Shown: piece by piece, positions 26,241 through 38,700 of the stretch
How the letters are laid out: the number at the start of each line of letters is the position of its first letter
Position numbering within the stretch: position 1 is the stretch's first letter
NCBI GenBank assembly: GCA_001642005.1
Contig: LWCA01000018.1
Location: 18,488-82,487 of the forward strand
Reading direction: 5' to 3'
DNA from: Intoshia linei
Lineage: Eukaryota > Animalia > Orthonectida
DNA: 64,000 bases
The notes under the pieces: generated by a model
Told to the model about the DNA's origin: nothing
The model's input: the letters and a program-made list of their open reading frames with translations, nothing else
The model's database searches: none
Program-made: the position numbers and the translations under genes

Positions 26241-27122
26241 ATGGGCATTGATGTGTATCTAGAAATGAATAATCAGTCTGAACCACGATCTTATTATGGT
26301 TTATCGATTATAACGGTTTTAATATTCTTTGTAGCAGGTATATTTATAATTATACTGTTTTTGGCACGAATTAATTGGTGATGCGACGATTCCAAGGAAT
26401 CAGCAAAATTTTACCACAACCACAAATAGTATGATTCAAAAGTATTTTGAATCGCATCAGAGTAGTTTTTTTAAGAATCGAATCGAAATCGTCGCATCAT
26501 TAATTTTAATTGGTCCTGGCAATCTACATTTTTTTAACAAATTTTTTGTAAATAAAGAATCTTTGAGAAAATTGGAATTTTATCAATTTTTTAGAGAAAA
26601 TTTATTTCAAAACAGCATAATAAATTATTATAATGTTAGTTTAGGTTTTATATCGATTTCCAGCCTTAATTGTAATATATTATCATTTACACATTTTATT
26701 TACTTTACAAAAATAAACTCATTTGATTTTGCTTTTAATTGAGATTATATTTTTTTGGGATTTTCATTATCGTTTCGTTTTTATTGGTAAACGTTGAGAT
26801 TTTATTTTAAACTGCCAAAAACTAGTCACTATGTACTGTTATTAAGTACACCAAAAATTTAGGAGTACCAGGTCTGATTTATTCTATAAAATCAAAAAGT
26901 TGCATAGAAAAAAATGAACCAAAAAAAGCAAAAAGATATGGACGAATAGCTTTATACATTGACATTATTGGATTAGGGTTGTCAGTAATAATATACGCAG
27001 GATTGATAACATACGGTGTAATGTTCTTTACAAAAACATATGAATTAGACATGATCGAAATCCGAAAGTACATAAACGACATAAATTACTACGTGGATTC
27101 GATTGAACCAAATAATTTTTAA
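26241..27122 (+). CDS. CD225/dispanin (IFITM/PRRT-like) membrane protein, two coding exons (26241-26337, 26863-27122)
   Basis: Spliced PRSYYGLSIITVLIFFVA|GVPGLIYSIKSKSCIEKNEPKKAKRYGRIALYIDIIGLGLSVII fits the CD225 pattern; start may be 26241 or 26265. Confidence 0.65.
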
Positions 27123-27140
27123 TTAAAATAAAACTACAAT

Positions 27141-29263
27141 TTAACACGGAGGAGGAGGTGGTTTAATGTCTTCATTAGGTGGAGGAGGTGGAGCGAAATT
27201 GTTGTTATTATTTCCAGGATAACAGAATATTTGAGGCTGTACAGGGGTTTGGATATTAAAAAGAGGTGTATTGGGTACTGGAACGTACATATTTGGATAC
27301 ATTTGATTATCTAAAGAATTAAATGAATGTCCGTTAGGCGCAGGGAGGCAATAATTTGAAATTCCTATTCCTATACTAGCTCCAGCTCCAACAGAATTAA
27401 ATGCAACAGTTTTTCGATCGACACTTTGACCCAATTCTGCCATTAAAGACATGTACTCTGAATCCATTTGTGCTTTTTCTACAGGATTTTTAGCGTCTTC
27501 CGTGTTTACTACCAAACAATCGCTAGACAAGTGGCCGGCTCCTCCGCATTTTGTACAAAATATTTGGTTAGTAACAATATTCTGAGCTTCTTCGAGTTGT
27601 TTCAATCGACTTATTCCTTCTGTCTCTCGTAGGGTACCATTCAAAAGAGCTAGTTCCCTCAACTGTTGTTTTCTTAGATCGTTGTTACATTGTGGCACTT
27701 CTATTCCGTCTTTTACAATACCTTTTATTCTTTTAACTGCTTTTAAAACTAAATCTGCTGTAGCTGCAGTAATGTAGGCGTGAAGTGGTTCATCTTCTCC
27801 AGGTAAAGGTACTCCATTCGGTCTAGCAATTTTCCCTTCCTTTATAGACCCTTTTCCTCTTATTATTATTTTACAACCCGTCTAAAGGTATATGATGTAA
27901 ATGTATATATACTATATTACTTCTTTTTCGAGCATTTTCAAAGTATTACCACGTGGACCTATAATTAAACCAACAAAATTAATACTTGGATGCAAATCTT
28001 GTGGGATGAAGACCTTGTCAATCACACGATTCATTGTTGAAATTCTAAAATGAGTATAAAAACTAAATAAAGATAAAAAAGTACTTGTATTCCATTGGAG
28101 GTCTGTACAAAGGATTAAGTTTTATAATTTTGTCAATCTAAACATTCAAATTAAATGTAACAATAGAGGTATATATTTGCCAACCATCAAAAAAATTTAT
28201 TTACTTGTCTAAACTCAAATATTACGTAATTTAAGTCCAACATAAAATAATTTAAAGAACTAAAAATGGTACCATTCTTATCAAAAAATAAAAACACTAC
28301 TTACACTATAAAACTAAAACTTACAATTTCATTTCTCTTCTCCTCCAACTTTTCCCTAAATCGTATATCCTTGGTATTTAATCTTTTACCATCATGACTA
28401 TAAATAGGTTCCGGAGATGGGGATCTAAAATAAAATAGATAACCTATTAAAACAAAAACCAATCTTGCATTATTACCAGAAAAAAAATATGTAAAATGAA
28501 ACTAAATGTATTTAATTAAATTTTATAAAATTTTAAAACCAGGCAATCTTTAGCACAATAAAATCTAAATAAAAATCAATGCAGCTTGATGAAACATTCT
28601 CAAAAAAACTAAAAATTTCATTAAAAAGTATGATAATTGGAAATACGATTGTTTCAGTTCAATCCAAATTGATCGGTAATCTAAATTACTACCTTTACCA
28701 CTCATCTCAGTTTGATTTTTTAAGTTTTACAAATTACCTATTATCAGTGTCTGTAACGTTAAAATTTCCAATACGAAGTCGTTGGTTAATATCCTCAACT
28801 TCCAATTGAACTAAAATAAAATTGAACCATGTTTAATTTTTACATACGTAAATACAGCTTTTCTTGGGTCTTTGACATTTTGTTTGAAACAATAGTCGGT
28901 ACACCAGGAATAATTGACCGTTCAGAAGTGTCACTAAATCTACTTTTTTTTGCTTTAGATTTGTCTGGTTTCACTTTTTCAACAACAATTTCAGGTTGTA
29001 CCTCCACCAAAGCCGTATTATTGACATTTACATTATCTGGCGTTTTTTCACGTTTTCTAGAATCTCGATCTATTTTTTTATCTCTACTGCGTCTCGATCT
29101 ATCCCGATAGTCCCGATCACGGTCACGGTTGCGTCTTTTTTCTCTACTATATTCACGACTGCGTCGCCTTTCTCTAACAGACTCAGGACTACGTCTCCTA
29201 TATTCTAAAACATTGTACACTTAAAAATTTTAATTAACCATATTTATCTCGACTCGGTGCCAT
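27141..29263 (-). CDS. SF1: Splicing factor 1 / branchpoint-binding protein
   Basis: RS/RD-rich N-terminus, IPGVPT, (R)[13 protein letters not shown]2 ([47 protein letters not shown]), zinc knuckle [27 protein letters not shown] and a Pro-rich tail. Confidence 0.96.
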
Positions 29264-29389
29264 TTTTTCAAAATAAAATTGTCGACAATATTGTAAATAA
29301 ATAATGCTGCCAAAATGTAACCAGGTGATTGAAAAATGATTATTAGTTTCTATGGAATAAATTTATTACAAATTTACAATATTTATAAA

Positions 29390-32300
29390 TCAATCGAAAA
29401 CTTTTCTTTTGTTTTGATTGTTAAAATTTCCAGAGTGTCTTGAACCGTTGGAATTTGAATTGTTAAATCTTTTATTTCCTCTATTAAATCCGTTTGATCC
29501 ACGGAAGGAACGATTGTTATTGTTGTCTCTACGGTTAAAATTTCCATTGCCATTTCCACGCCTAGAGTCGTTAGATCGATTGAAACTGCGACCGCTTTGA
29601 AAAGTTGGTCGACTCGCAAATTTTTCTAATTCTACAAGTTCGGTAGCTTTCGATAATTGTAGATATCCAGAATCTTCCCAGTGTTCTTCAACATATTCAA
29701 CCAATTTGTTGGGTATATCAAACATGCAGCCCTAAAAATTGATTAAAACATGTTAGGAAATAAAATTACCATATTGTCTGCCATAATGTTTAAATTTTTA
29801 ATTTCTTCTGTAATATCTGGGAATTTTTCGTTAAAAATATTCCAAATGTATCTCTTGGTGCGAACTTCATTGTCAGATGTAATTTGAAATGTAGTGTAAC
29901 CCTAATTTTAAAAAGTATTATAATTTATTTTAGCACGTTTATAATCAGTCTTCAATTTAAAGGCCTTTACAATATATTTAATCTAAAAATCTAGTCCTCA
30001 TTAAATGAAAAAAATATTTTTAATTTTTAATCTATTCAGAAAAAAGTTGACCATCAGATTCGAGCGTCTTAACCCTTTCACTGTCTGATACAATTTTATG
30101 TACTATCACCACGTCTGGAATTTATATTTTAATTTAAACTTGTATTATTTTTAAATTACCTATGTGAAAATGTATGAAAATAAAAGAATAAAGTTTTTCA
30201 AATTATGCTGTGTATAGTATAGAATACACAGGCAGTGAAAGGGTTAAACCATTTCATAATCTCATTTTGTAATTTTAATAAATAAATACCTTTCGGCCGT
30301 CGATAATTGACGAACTACTAAGACAGTCTTTACCACACAAAACAACCAACGCTTTAGCTATTGCACTTTCGGCACCACCAATTTCAGCAATAAGCTTAGC
30401 AGCAGTTAAATGTAATTTATCAGACAAGATATCGTCAATATCCTTAATTTTTCTAAAAAAATATTTTAAAAAATGTGAGAATTCTGACATCTAGCAAGAA
30501 ACAAAAACCAAAAATAAAACAACTTAATTTAATGTAAATTCCCTCTGAAGAACGGAAGTCCGATACAATTTTTAAAATTACCTAATTATCCGAATCTTTC
30601 GATATTATGGTGAAAATTGAAAAACTTACTAGACCAATAAGACATTTAACCTTACTCTAGACCAGTGGTTTCAGTTGAGGTTCGTGAATTTCAAATAAAA
30701 TAAATATTTTGAACGTAATACGAACTCCGTATACTATTTAAATCGGGAACCACTGCCCTAGACACTCCCTCTAAATAAACCAAGTCATCAAAAATATTTC
30801 AAATTTTTAGGACCCAATTCTATTATTTTAATACTAAAATTTTTATAAAAATAAATGTTGAGCGACAAAGACGAACATACGACACTCGACGTTACCGAAA
30901 ATAAAAAATGGACTCCTAACGTAAAATATGCGTAATATCACATAGCCTTAGCCACCTGTTAAGGATTTTAACTTGACACAAAATTGTCATGATATTCAAG
31001 AATATAACTTTAATATATAAAAAGTACTCAATAGACTCCTCAATTTCCGCGTCAATCATATTATCGACAGTAGGCATTCCAACACGTTGAAATTTAATTT
31101 TCTAGAATAAATAAAAAAAATAAAATTTTTATTTACTGCAATTCTTTCAATCTTATTAATTTGATCTTGCTGTTCTCTCTTGTATAAACAGATACATACT
31201 CCGTTTTTCCCAGCTCTAGCAGTTCTGCCGGATCTGTGAATATAGCTTTCAACAAGATTTGGTGTACCGCATTGAATAACCAAATCAATTTGTAAATCAA
31301 TTCCTCTTGAAGCGACATCTGTAGTGATGAGTATTTTAAATTTCCCTTTTCTAAAATCAGCTAGAATGGCCTCTCTGCTTTCTTGAGCAACATTACCATG
31401 CAAAACACGACCATGTATTTTTTCAATGCCACCCAATTCATCAGCGTCCCTTTTAGTTTCGCAAAATATAATCACTCGACCAGACGAACCTTCCTGATGG
31501 GCATACATTTTAATGAGTCTACAAATAGCTTGAGGTCGATCGTGGTACCCGCATAACATGGAAAGATGCTAAATAAAACATTACACAGCATATTCAGCAT
31601 ACTTACATTAATATTCTGACCAGTCTGATTTCCATCACTAGCTACAAGATCGACAGTTTTGTATTTGGGTGACAAATATTTGGAAGAATTTTTTTTTAAC
31701 CAAGTTGGTAGGGTGGCAGAAAAAAACAATGATTGTGGTTTATTTTCTTCATCATATGTAGCACAATCCAAAATTTCTTCAACTGGCTCAGAAAAACCCA
31801 TATCCAACATTCTGTCGACTTCATCCAAAATAACGTGTTTTAAACCAGATAAATCTATTCTATCACTATTGATGTGGTCTAATATTCTCCCAGGTGTTCC
31901 AATTAAAATGTCTATTCCTCTTCGAATGGCTGCAACTAAATTACATATTAAGAAAGATTCAATAAAATAATACTCTGTGGTTTATAGTCTGTTCCGCCAT
32001 AAAAACAAGATATTTTAAGCGTAGAGCTTAATTTTTTAAATGTAGCGTCAATTTGATTTGCTAATTCGCGGGTTGGTGTCAAGATAATTACACTTATTTT
32101 TTTTGAATTGGTTTGCTTTGTTTCAATTTTTTCGATCAATGGTAATGCAAAAGCCAACTAATATTCAAAATTACATTGTTAATAAATAATACGATACTGT
32201 TTTTCCAGTCCCAGTTCCTAAATGACAATCATAATTAATCTGTATATTTATCAATGCTAATCAAAACTTACTTGCTTTACCCACAACGTCTTGGTTATTG

Positions 32301-34358
32301 AATATATAATTGTAAGTTTTATATTGAATTGGAAATAATTTTGTAATTCCCATGTCTAATCATTTAAAAATTAAATTAACAATATTTAAACAAAACCTGT
32401 CAATTTTTTTACGGTGGTTGGTCGAATATTATAATTTGAAAAACACGTCACATCCTAAATTAAGTGTTATTAAAAATAGATTTACGATATAGTACACAAT
32501 TATAATATTAAATTAGGTGTATTCACGGTGTTTAATATGGCCATGAATGCTTATTCATTTTCAATACTATTTACATTATTGATTTGCTGAAATTTTGCAA
32601 ACTAAAATGTGTAAATAAACGCTAATAAGTACTTCATACTAGTGGTCCCGATTCAAACCATGTGCGGACAAACATTTCAAAATATTTATTTTTTTGGACC
32701 CCAAAGGAAACATGAAAAAATTAAAGGTTTTTCTCATATGATTTGGTAAAATCGTTTTTCAAAAAAATTTTGGAAAAAGGGAATTTTCCCTTAAGGGTTG
32801 GTAAAATTAGATTTTTATATTGTGATTGGATAAAATGGACTTTTATCATAATGTTTGGTATAATCGAATTTTTCAAAAAAATATAGAAAAAAGGGATTTT
32901 CCCTTAAGGGTTGGTAAAATTAATTTTTTATTTTTGAGTTGGATTAAGTTCATTTTTCTCATCAGGTTTGGTAAAATCTGATTTTTAAAAAAAATATTAT
33001 AAAAAGGGGATTTTTCCTAACGATTGAAATTTATTTTTATTAAATATTATTAAATTTTATTGATTCCGGAATAAAAGTGGGATTTTTGAAATAATAATGT
33101 AGTGGTCGTATAAGCTTTTGGAAAATTCCAAACGTCTGGCAATTCTGTAATACATATTAAAAATTCTATAAAAATAAAGAAAAGTTGATAAATTTTTTAT
33201 TTTCTTTTGACTCACGAACTCCAGGCATCTACTTTTGAACTTTAAAGGGTTTCAGGAACCCAAATCGGGAACCACTGCTTTATACGAATTGTGCGTTATG
33301 TTATACTTATGTATTGAGGATAGTATTGACATATTGAACATGGATTATTGTCACGCGTTACATTGACAAAGACAGGAAAGAAGACATCTTTCTTATCAAG
33401 AAATATCTCCAATGTTCCCTATCGACAGGTCGCACTGTAATTCATTCTAGATTTTTTTTCATTTTAAAAAAATTGAACCAAATTTATTTTAAAACTACAT
33501 CAACTAAAAGTACAACTTTGTTATTATCATTTTTGTATTTATTACAATGCTGATAAAATTCATCCGAAATGTGCTTCTGCTAATTATTGATACTGAACAT
33601 ACAAATTCGTTTACAATTTAAATTCTTAATGTTAAAATTAGATAAGTCCACCCTCGACAGAGCTAGGTACTGTTTGTACGTAGTCCAAAACAGCCAAGCT
33701 CGTAGTTATATATTAACGATTAAACCAATCAATTAAAACTATTTCGCTACGCTTCTAAAAAAATAGTGACAAGTACATTACTCACATGGTTTTTTCATAA
33801 ATAGAATTTTAAAATACAACCCACTCAACCAATCAATAATATTTCATATTTTAACAGGTGAGTTTCAACAATGTAAATAAAATTTAGTATGTTTCTAAAC
33901 TCTGTGTAGACTAAGCCTTGGTAAACAATATTTGTAAAGGGGTACTGAATAAGCCAAAACATTAACATAATTGAAATTCATCAACTAAAAATTCACTGGA
34001 GATCAAATCAAATGGAGAATCTAAAGATGACTGACAATTTTAGAAAATCGCTATATTCTTAATATCTAATATTTGATAAACATTATATTGGAATGTTTAT
34101 GCAATGAATATACATTTTTAGAATATATCATGAAGTATATAAATAACATTAATCAAAAATTACATTATCTGAAATGACTTCGATGTCACTGATAAGTTCA
34201 CGTTTTATATCTAATTTAATTTTTTTCTCAACAGTTTCATTTAAATCTGTATCTGAAATGTCTTCCAATTCCTTTTTTCGCTTTATAATTTTTTTCTAAA
34301 ATATTAAATATTATCCCAAATAATCAAGAAATACTTTTTTATTTTCAGATTTCGACAT
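29390..34358 (-). CDS. DDX21: Nucleolar DEAD-box RNA helicase DDX21/DDX50-like, multi-exon
   Basis: LFPIQ, GTGKT, PTRELA, GTPGR, DEVD, SAT and YIHRSGRTARAG motifs; GUCT-like region (FDIP); R/G/N-rich tail; first exon MSKSENKK at 34358. Confidence 0.9.
30069..30247. mobile_element. piggyBac-derived MITE in a DDX21 intron
   Basis: TTAA-CCCTTTCACTG ... CAGTGAAAGGG-TTAA. Confidence 0.9.
30663..30755. mobile_element. Very short hAT MITE in a DDX21 intron
   Basis: CAGTGGTTTC ... GGAACCACTG; TSD ctctagac / ccctagac. Confidence 0.8.
32640..33277. mobile_element. hAT MITE carrying the CCCTTAAGGG repeat module, in a DDX21 intron
   Basis: tAGTGGTCCCGATT ... AATCGGGAACCACTG; TSD cttcatac / ctttatac; related ends at 38392 and ~21043-21057. 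Confidence 0.8.
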
Positions 34359-34547
34359 GTGACCAACGATAAAATACTCTAATATTGTTGAAATGAAATA
34401 TTACCAATGGTTATGCGATATAACCTTGGAAATATTTTAGATTCTGGAATTGAAATTATAAAATTTTGCGTATTAACGATATTTATTTTTGTTTATTGAC
34501 TCATACATTTGACTAAATTGAATATCTACTCAGATATACTCTTTCCA

Positions 34548-35681
34548 ATGTCCCTCAATTCGGTAACATTTAAGTGGATTTTTGGGTTTTTTTAAAAATG
34601 TTTATTTAGTCGCACACTAAAGAAGGAAACTTGATTTTGTATAGAGGGGAACAGTATGTTATTGTAAATTACAATTAATTTCGATTAATAGGTTACTGTT
34701 AAAATGTAAAAATATTGATTTGAAAGCGGATTATCCGAAACCTCATTTTTCTAAAAAAATGAACGGATGCATATTTTTAACTACCCACCGCGTAACACTT
34801 GTACTATTTCGTGTAGTTCTTTGAGTTTTTATGATACTATTTTTACTTATATTTTAGATTATTTTCATCAATAAAAACCCATCTAGTGCTTGTGGTTCCA
34901 TTTGTGCTAATTTTAACAATGCAAAGAATATTAAAATTGAACAACCGATTTTTGGAGCTAACAAAATATTGGCAAATTTAAATTCCGAGTGTTTTAGTAA
35001 TACATTAGTTTTTTTTGAGAAATAATATTAGATAACAATGTGGCGGAATTTCCAATAACACTTTGGTTTAATAATGGCGGGGCTATTGATTTTGCTACAA
35101 CCTGGAAGCGAGTTGTTCAGCAAAGTAATTTATATGTTAGTTTTTACGTTAACTAAAAATTTTAGTGTCAAATCGCTATAATACTCGAATTTATATTACG
35201 CAAATGCTTAACACCAATACTTGTTATATGGCTTATTCTCAAGCAAATTTTACAAATACAACCGCATATCCTTATATGCCCTATGATCAGTTTCCTGTGG
35301 GCAATACTGGTTATTTTTTTGATTAATAAGTGTCATGTCAAATGTAGAAATTTTTAATTGTAAATTTCGGCACAGTAGGACCAATATTGTGATTTTATTG
35401 ACTAGGCGGATTTTTAATACTATTCATTTGATTTTCATAAATAATGGCAAAAATGTCTTTGAATTTGTTATTCAACGTTGAAATGTTTGTTTGTTTAAAT
35501 GTATGAATGTAGATAATGTACTCATTACAAATTTACCACCACCGTATCCTGGGTTGAATAATTCTGCCGTTGATACAACTCAAACTGCTTTTACTCCCAC
35601 GTCAAGTAATTATACTGTTTATATTAGGTATACTTTTAATTTTTAGAAGACCCAACTTTACCTCCAGCCTATATTCCATAA
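34548..35681 (+). CDS. WBP2: WW domain-binding protein 2 (GRAM domain plus PPxY motifs), multi-exon
   Basis: MSLNS|SHTKEG, GCIFLTTHR|IIFIN, IEQPIFGANKI, LWFNNGGAIDF, PPPYPG and PPAYIP*. Confidence 0.9.
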
Positions 35682-35759
35682 TAGTATAAATATAAATAAT
35701 TATTAATTAATCAAGTGAAAATGTGTTGATTATTTAATTTCAATAAAGTATTTACAATT

Positions 35760-38700
35760 TTACAAATATGGTAATCCTGGTAGAGGATCTCTTGACCTTG
35801 CAATGTTCTTAATACTCGAGTTTTTGTATAATGGTTCCGGGTTTTCGTGTTCATTAGTACTGAGCATTCTATTTTCTTCCGCTATTCTAGGTATTGTCAC
35901 GTTTGTTATTTCATCAACAAATGTAGGTGGGAGATCTGGTAGCGGTCCTTCGGTTGAACTGTGCATTTTTTTGATATTTACATAATACCCTTCATTTAAA
36001 CAGTGGGTACTCTAAAAAGGCAATATATTTGATTTAAAATAATGGAAAACTGATAAATCAGAGGTGGGGAAACTGCGGCCTTCTGAACCATCTGAATTTA
36101 TTATTAAAATACTGGTAAAAGCGTTTTTTTTAAATAAAAATGTATACATTTAATGGGATGCCAATTGTTTTTAAAATTTTTACGCAAATGTTAACAAAAC
36201 AAAATTAAGATGGAATAATTCACTTTAAAGTAAAAAGTAATGTGATATGACGGTTCCACCTAAAACATGTTTGGGAACCACTCTTTTAAAGGATTGATAA
36301 TAGTGAATAGTAGGATTTTTAAATTAGATTTTCAACGTGAATTTATTTTTTTGGTAAAATAAAAATGTGCACTCGGCAGACCTAGGTGCTGTTTGTACGT
36401 AGTACATAACAGTCAATCTAGGTAAAATATTTAAGGGTTGGTAAAATTTTGGTTTTTTCTCATAAGATTTTACTAAATTGAATAAAATATGCTAAAAATT
36501 TATCTTTCACCCCAATCATCTAAAATTTTCGTATTCATCCCTAATAAAATTATTCACCACATGAAAAACACTGCTGCATTAGATTAAATTTTATTTAGAA
36601 AGGTGCGGCCTTATTAATTTTTTTTGGGACGTTAGTTCAGCCTTCGAACAGTAAATGCTTCCCCATCTGTGGCATAAACCCATAACTGTATAATATATAC
36701 TGTATATTAAGGTGTCTCAAAAAAAATGAAAAATTATATTTTTGAACATAATTAGGTATAATAGTGATCAAGTATAAAAAAAATGATATTTCCAAAATAT
36801 TAATGCATTTCAACGAATATTGAAGATATCCTGACCATTTAAAATTTTCTATATATTACAAAATTAAAAATGAACTTTATTTTAAGATAAATTGGTGTTC
36901 GAGCTTTCAAACGTGGTACCGACTTCATAATATTGTTCTCCATGTTTAGCTATACAGTTTATTTTTTTAAATTTGTAATATATAGTATATATATAGAAAA
37001 CTTTAAATGGTCAGACTATCTTCACCGTTATTAGTTGGCTGAAAATATTTTACAATAGTTAATATTTTAGTAATACTATAATTTTAAACCCTAAGGATAT
37101 TTTTTCTAAATACCCATGAGAAACCTTATTGTATATCATAGAAAAGTAATAATTAAATTGAAAAATTACTATTTTTGATCTTTTATGAAATAGTTTATAT
37201 AATTTTATAAATCTTGCGTAATTAAATATTTATATAAATTCACAGTAACCCATACACTGTACATTGTACATAAAATACACTTTTTTAACTCAATATGGGT
37301 AAAAGTGGATTTTTGCCTTAAGGGTTGGTAAATTTTGATGTTAAGTAAAAATTGTTACATTTAAGTAGACGCCTAAAATTTATATTGTCTTTTTTTGTAA
37401 TTGTAATTTCGTTTTAGTGGCTCGCCAAAAATTTTAGCTTCAATTACCGGTTTACAAAAAATATTGAATAGTGAAAATTTAATTAATTCTCCAATTTGGA
37501 CCCAATACACCTGGAAGTAAAAAATTTCAGTGTATGATAATCAGCTTATAAATAGATTTAAAGATCTATTAAATCTGTACATTCCTGAATGGATTGGAAA
37601 TTCATTTGATGTAGATGCGGCATTTATAATACAAAATAAAATTCCGCTTTTTGAAAATTTGAGTATTCTTTTAAATAAAACTTTTATTATTAAAAAATTT
37701 TAGCATAGATTTAAAATTTAAATGTACACAATGATACTAACACTGCGACTAATACAACTTTGTAAGATTTTTCAGGTGCGAGATCAATAAGTGGGGAATG
37801 CGTGGGTTAGACTGTATATTGAAATGCACTAAAAAAATTGAAAATTTTAAAATTACAATTTCTCGAGATGTCATTGGATATGCACAGCTGGTTTCGGAAC
37901 TACAATCAGAATGTAAATTATTCGAGGAAATGACTTGATTTCCCTTAATAATACCAAAGTTGTCAATATTTTGACTTTGAGGTACTCGATATTGTAAACT
38001 AAAAATATTTATTAAGTACATATATTTCAAAATTATATAAAATATATTTTATTATTAACAAAATCTGCATCTGAAAACAGGGTTCCCAACATGGGCAATG
38101 TGGCCCAATGGGCCACTTTAATACACAAAAATAATGGACAAATTCAAAATTTTTCTATTTAACGTACAAATTATTAACCCTGACGTTTAAAAACTTTTTG
38201 TTTCAATCAATTTTACTAAAAAAGATATTTAAAAAAATGTACCTACCTGCAAACAAAAACAACTTACGACTGTGGACATTCCATGTGATCATAATGCAAT
38301 ATATCATTTTATAATGGTTCCCAATAATGGAAGAATCGACCTCTTTGGACTGATTCAAGATTTTCATTATTAATTATGTGCGTAGTTAAATCAGTGGTTC
38401 CCGATTCAAATAATGAAGGACCCCATTTCAAAACTATTTTTCATAATTTATTTTTTGGGCCCAAAGAAAACATGAAATATACATGTATAACATTTATGAA
38501 AAAATTAAAAGTTAATTTAAAATTAATCAATTTAAATCTTAAAAATAATGTGACATTTTAATTATTTATTATAGCTCATGTTAAAATATATTGTTACTTT
38601 ATTTTCATTCATAAAAAACGGACAAAAATGTCCTCTGCGAGTAGTAAAGGGTTAAGGAGAATTTAAAATATTTTTATCAAAGTTATATTTTGATTTTAGC

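Noticed and set aside
26879-27082. 67-aa minus-strand ORF just downstream of SF1, suggesting a third operon gene
   Set aside because: It is the antisense shadow of the + strand dispanin exon, which has the recognisable family pattern and splice sites.
28829-29619. Overlapping alternative-frame and antisense ORFs over the SF1 and DDX21 ends
   Set aside because: Explained by low-complexity RS- and N/R-rich coding on the real strand.
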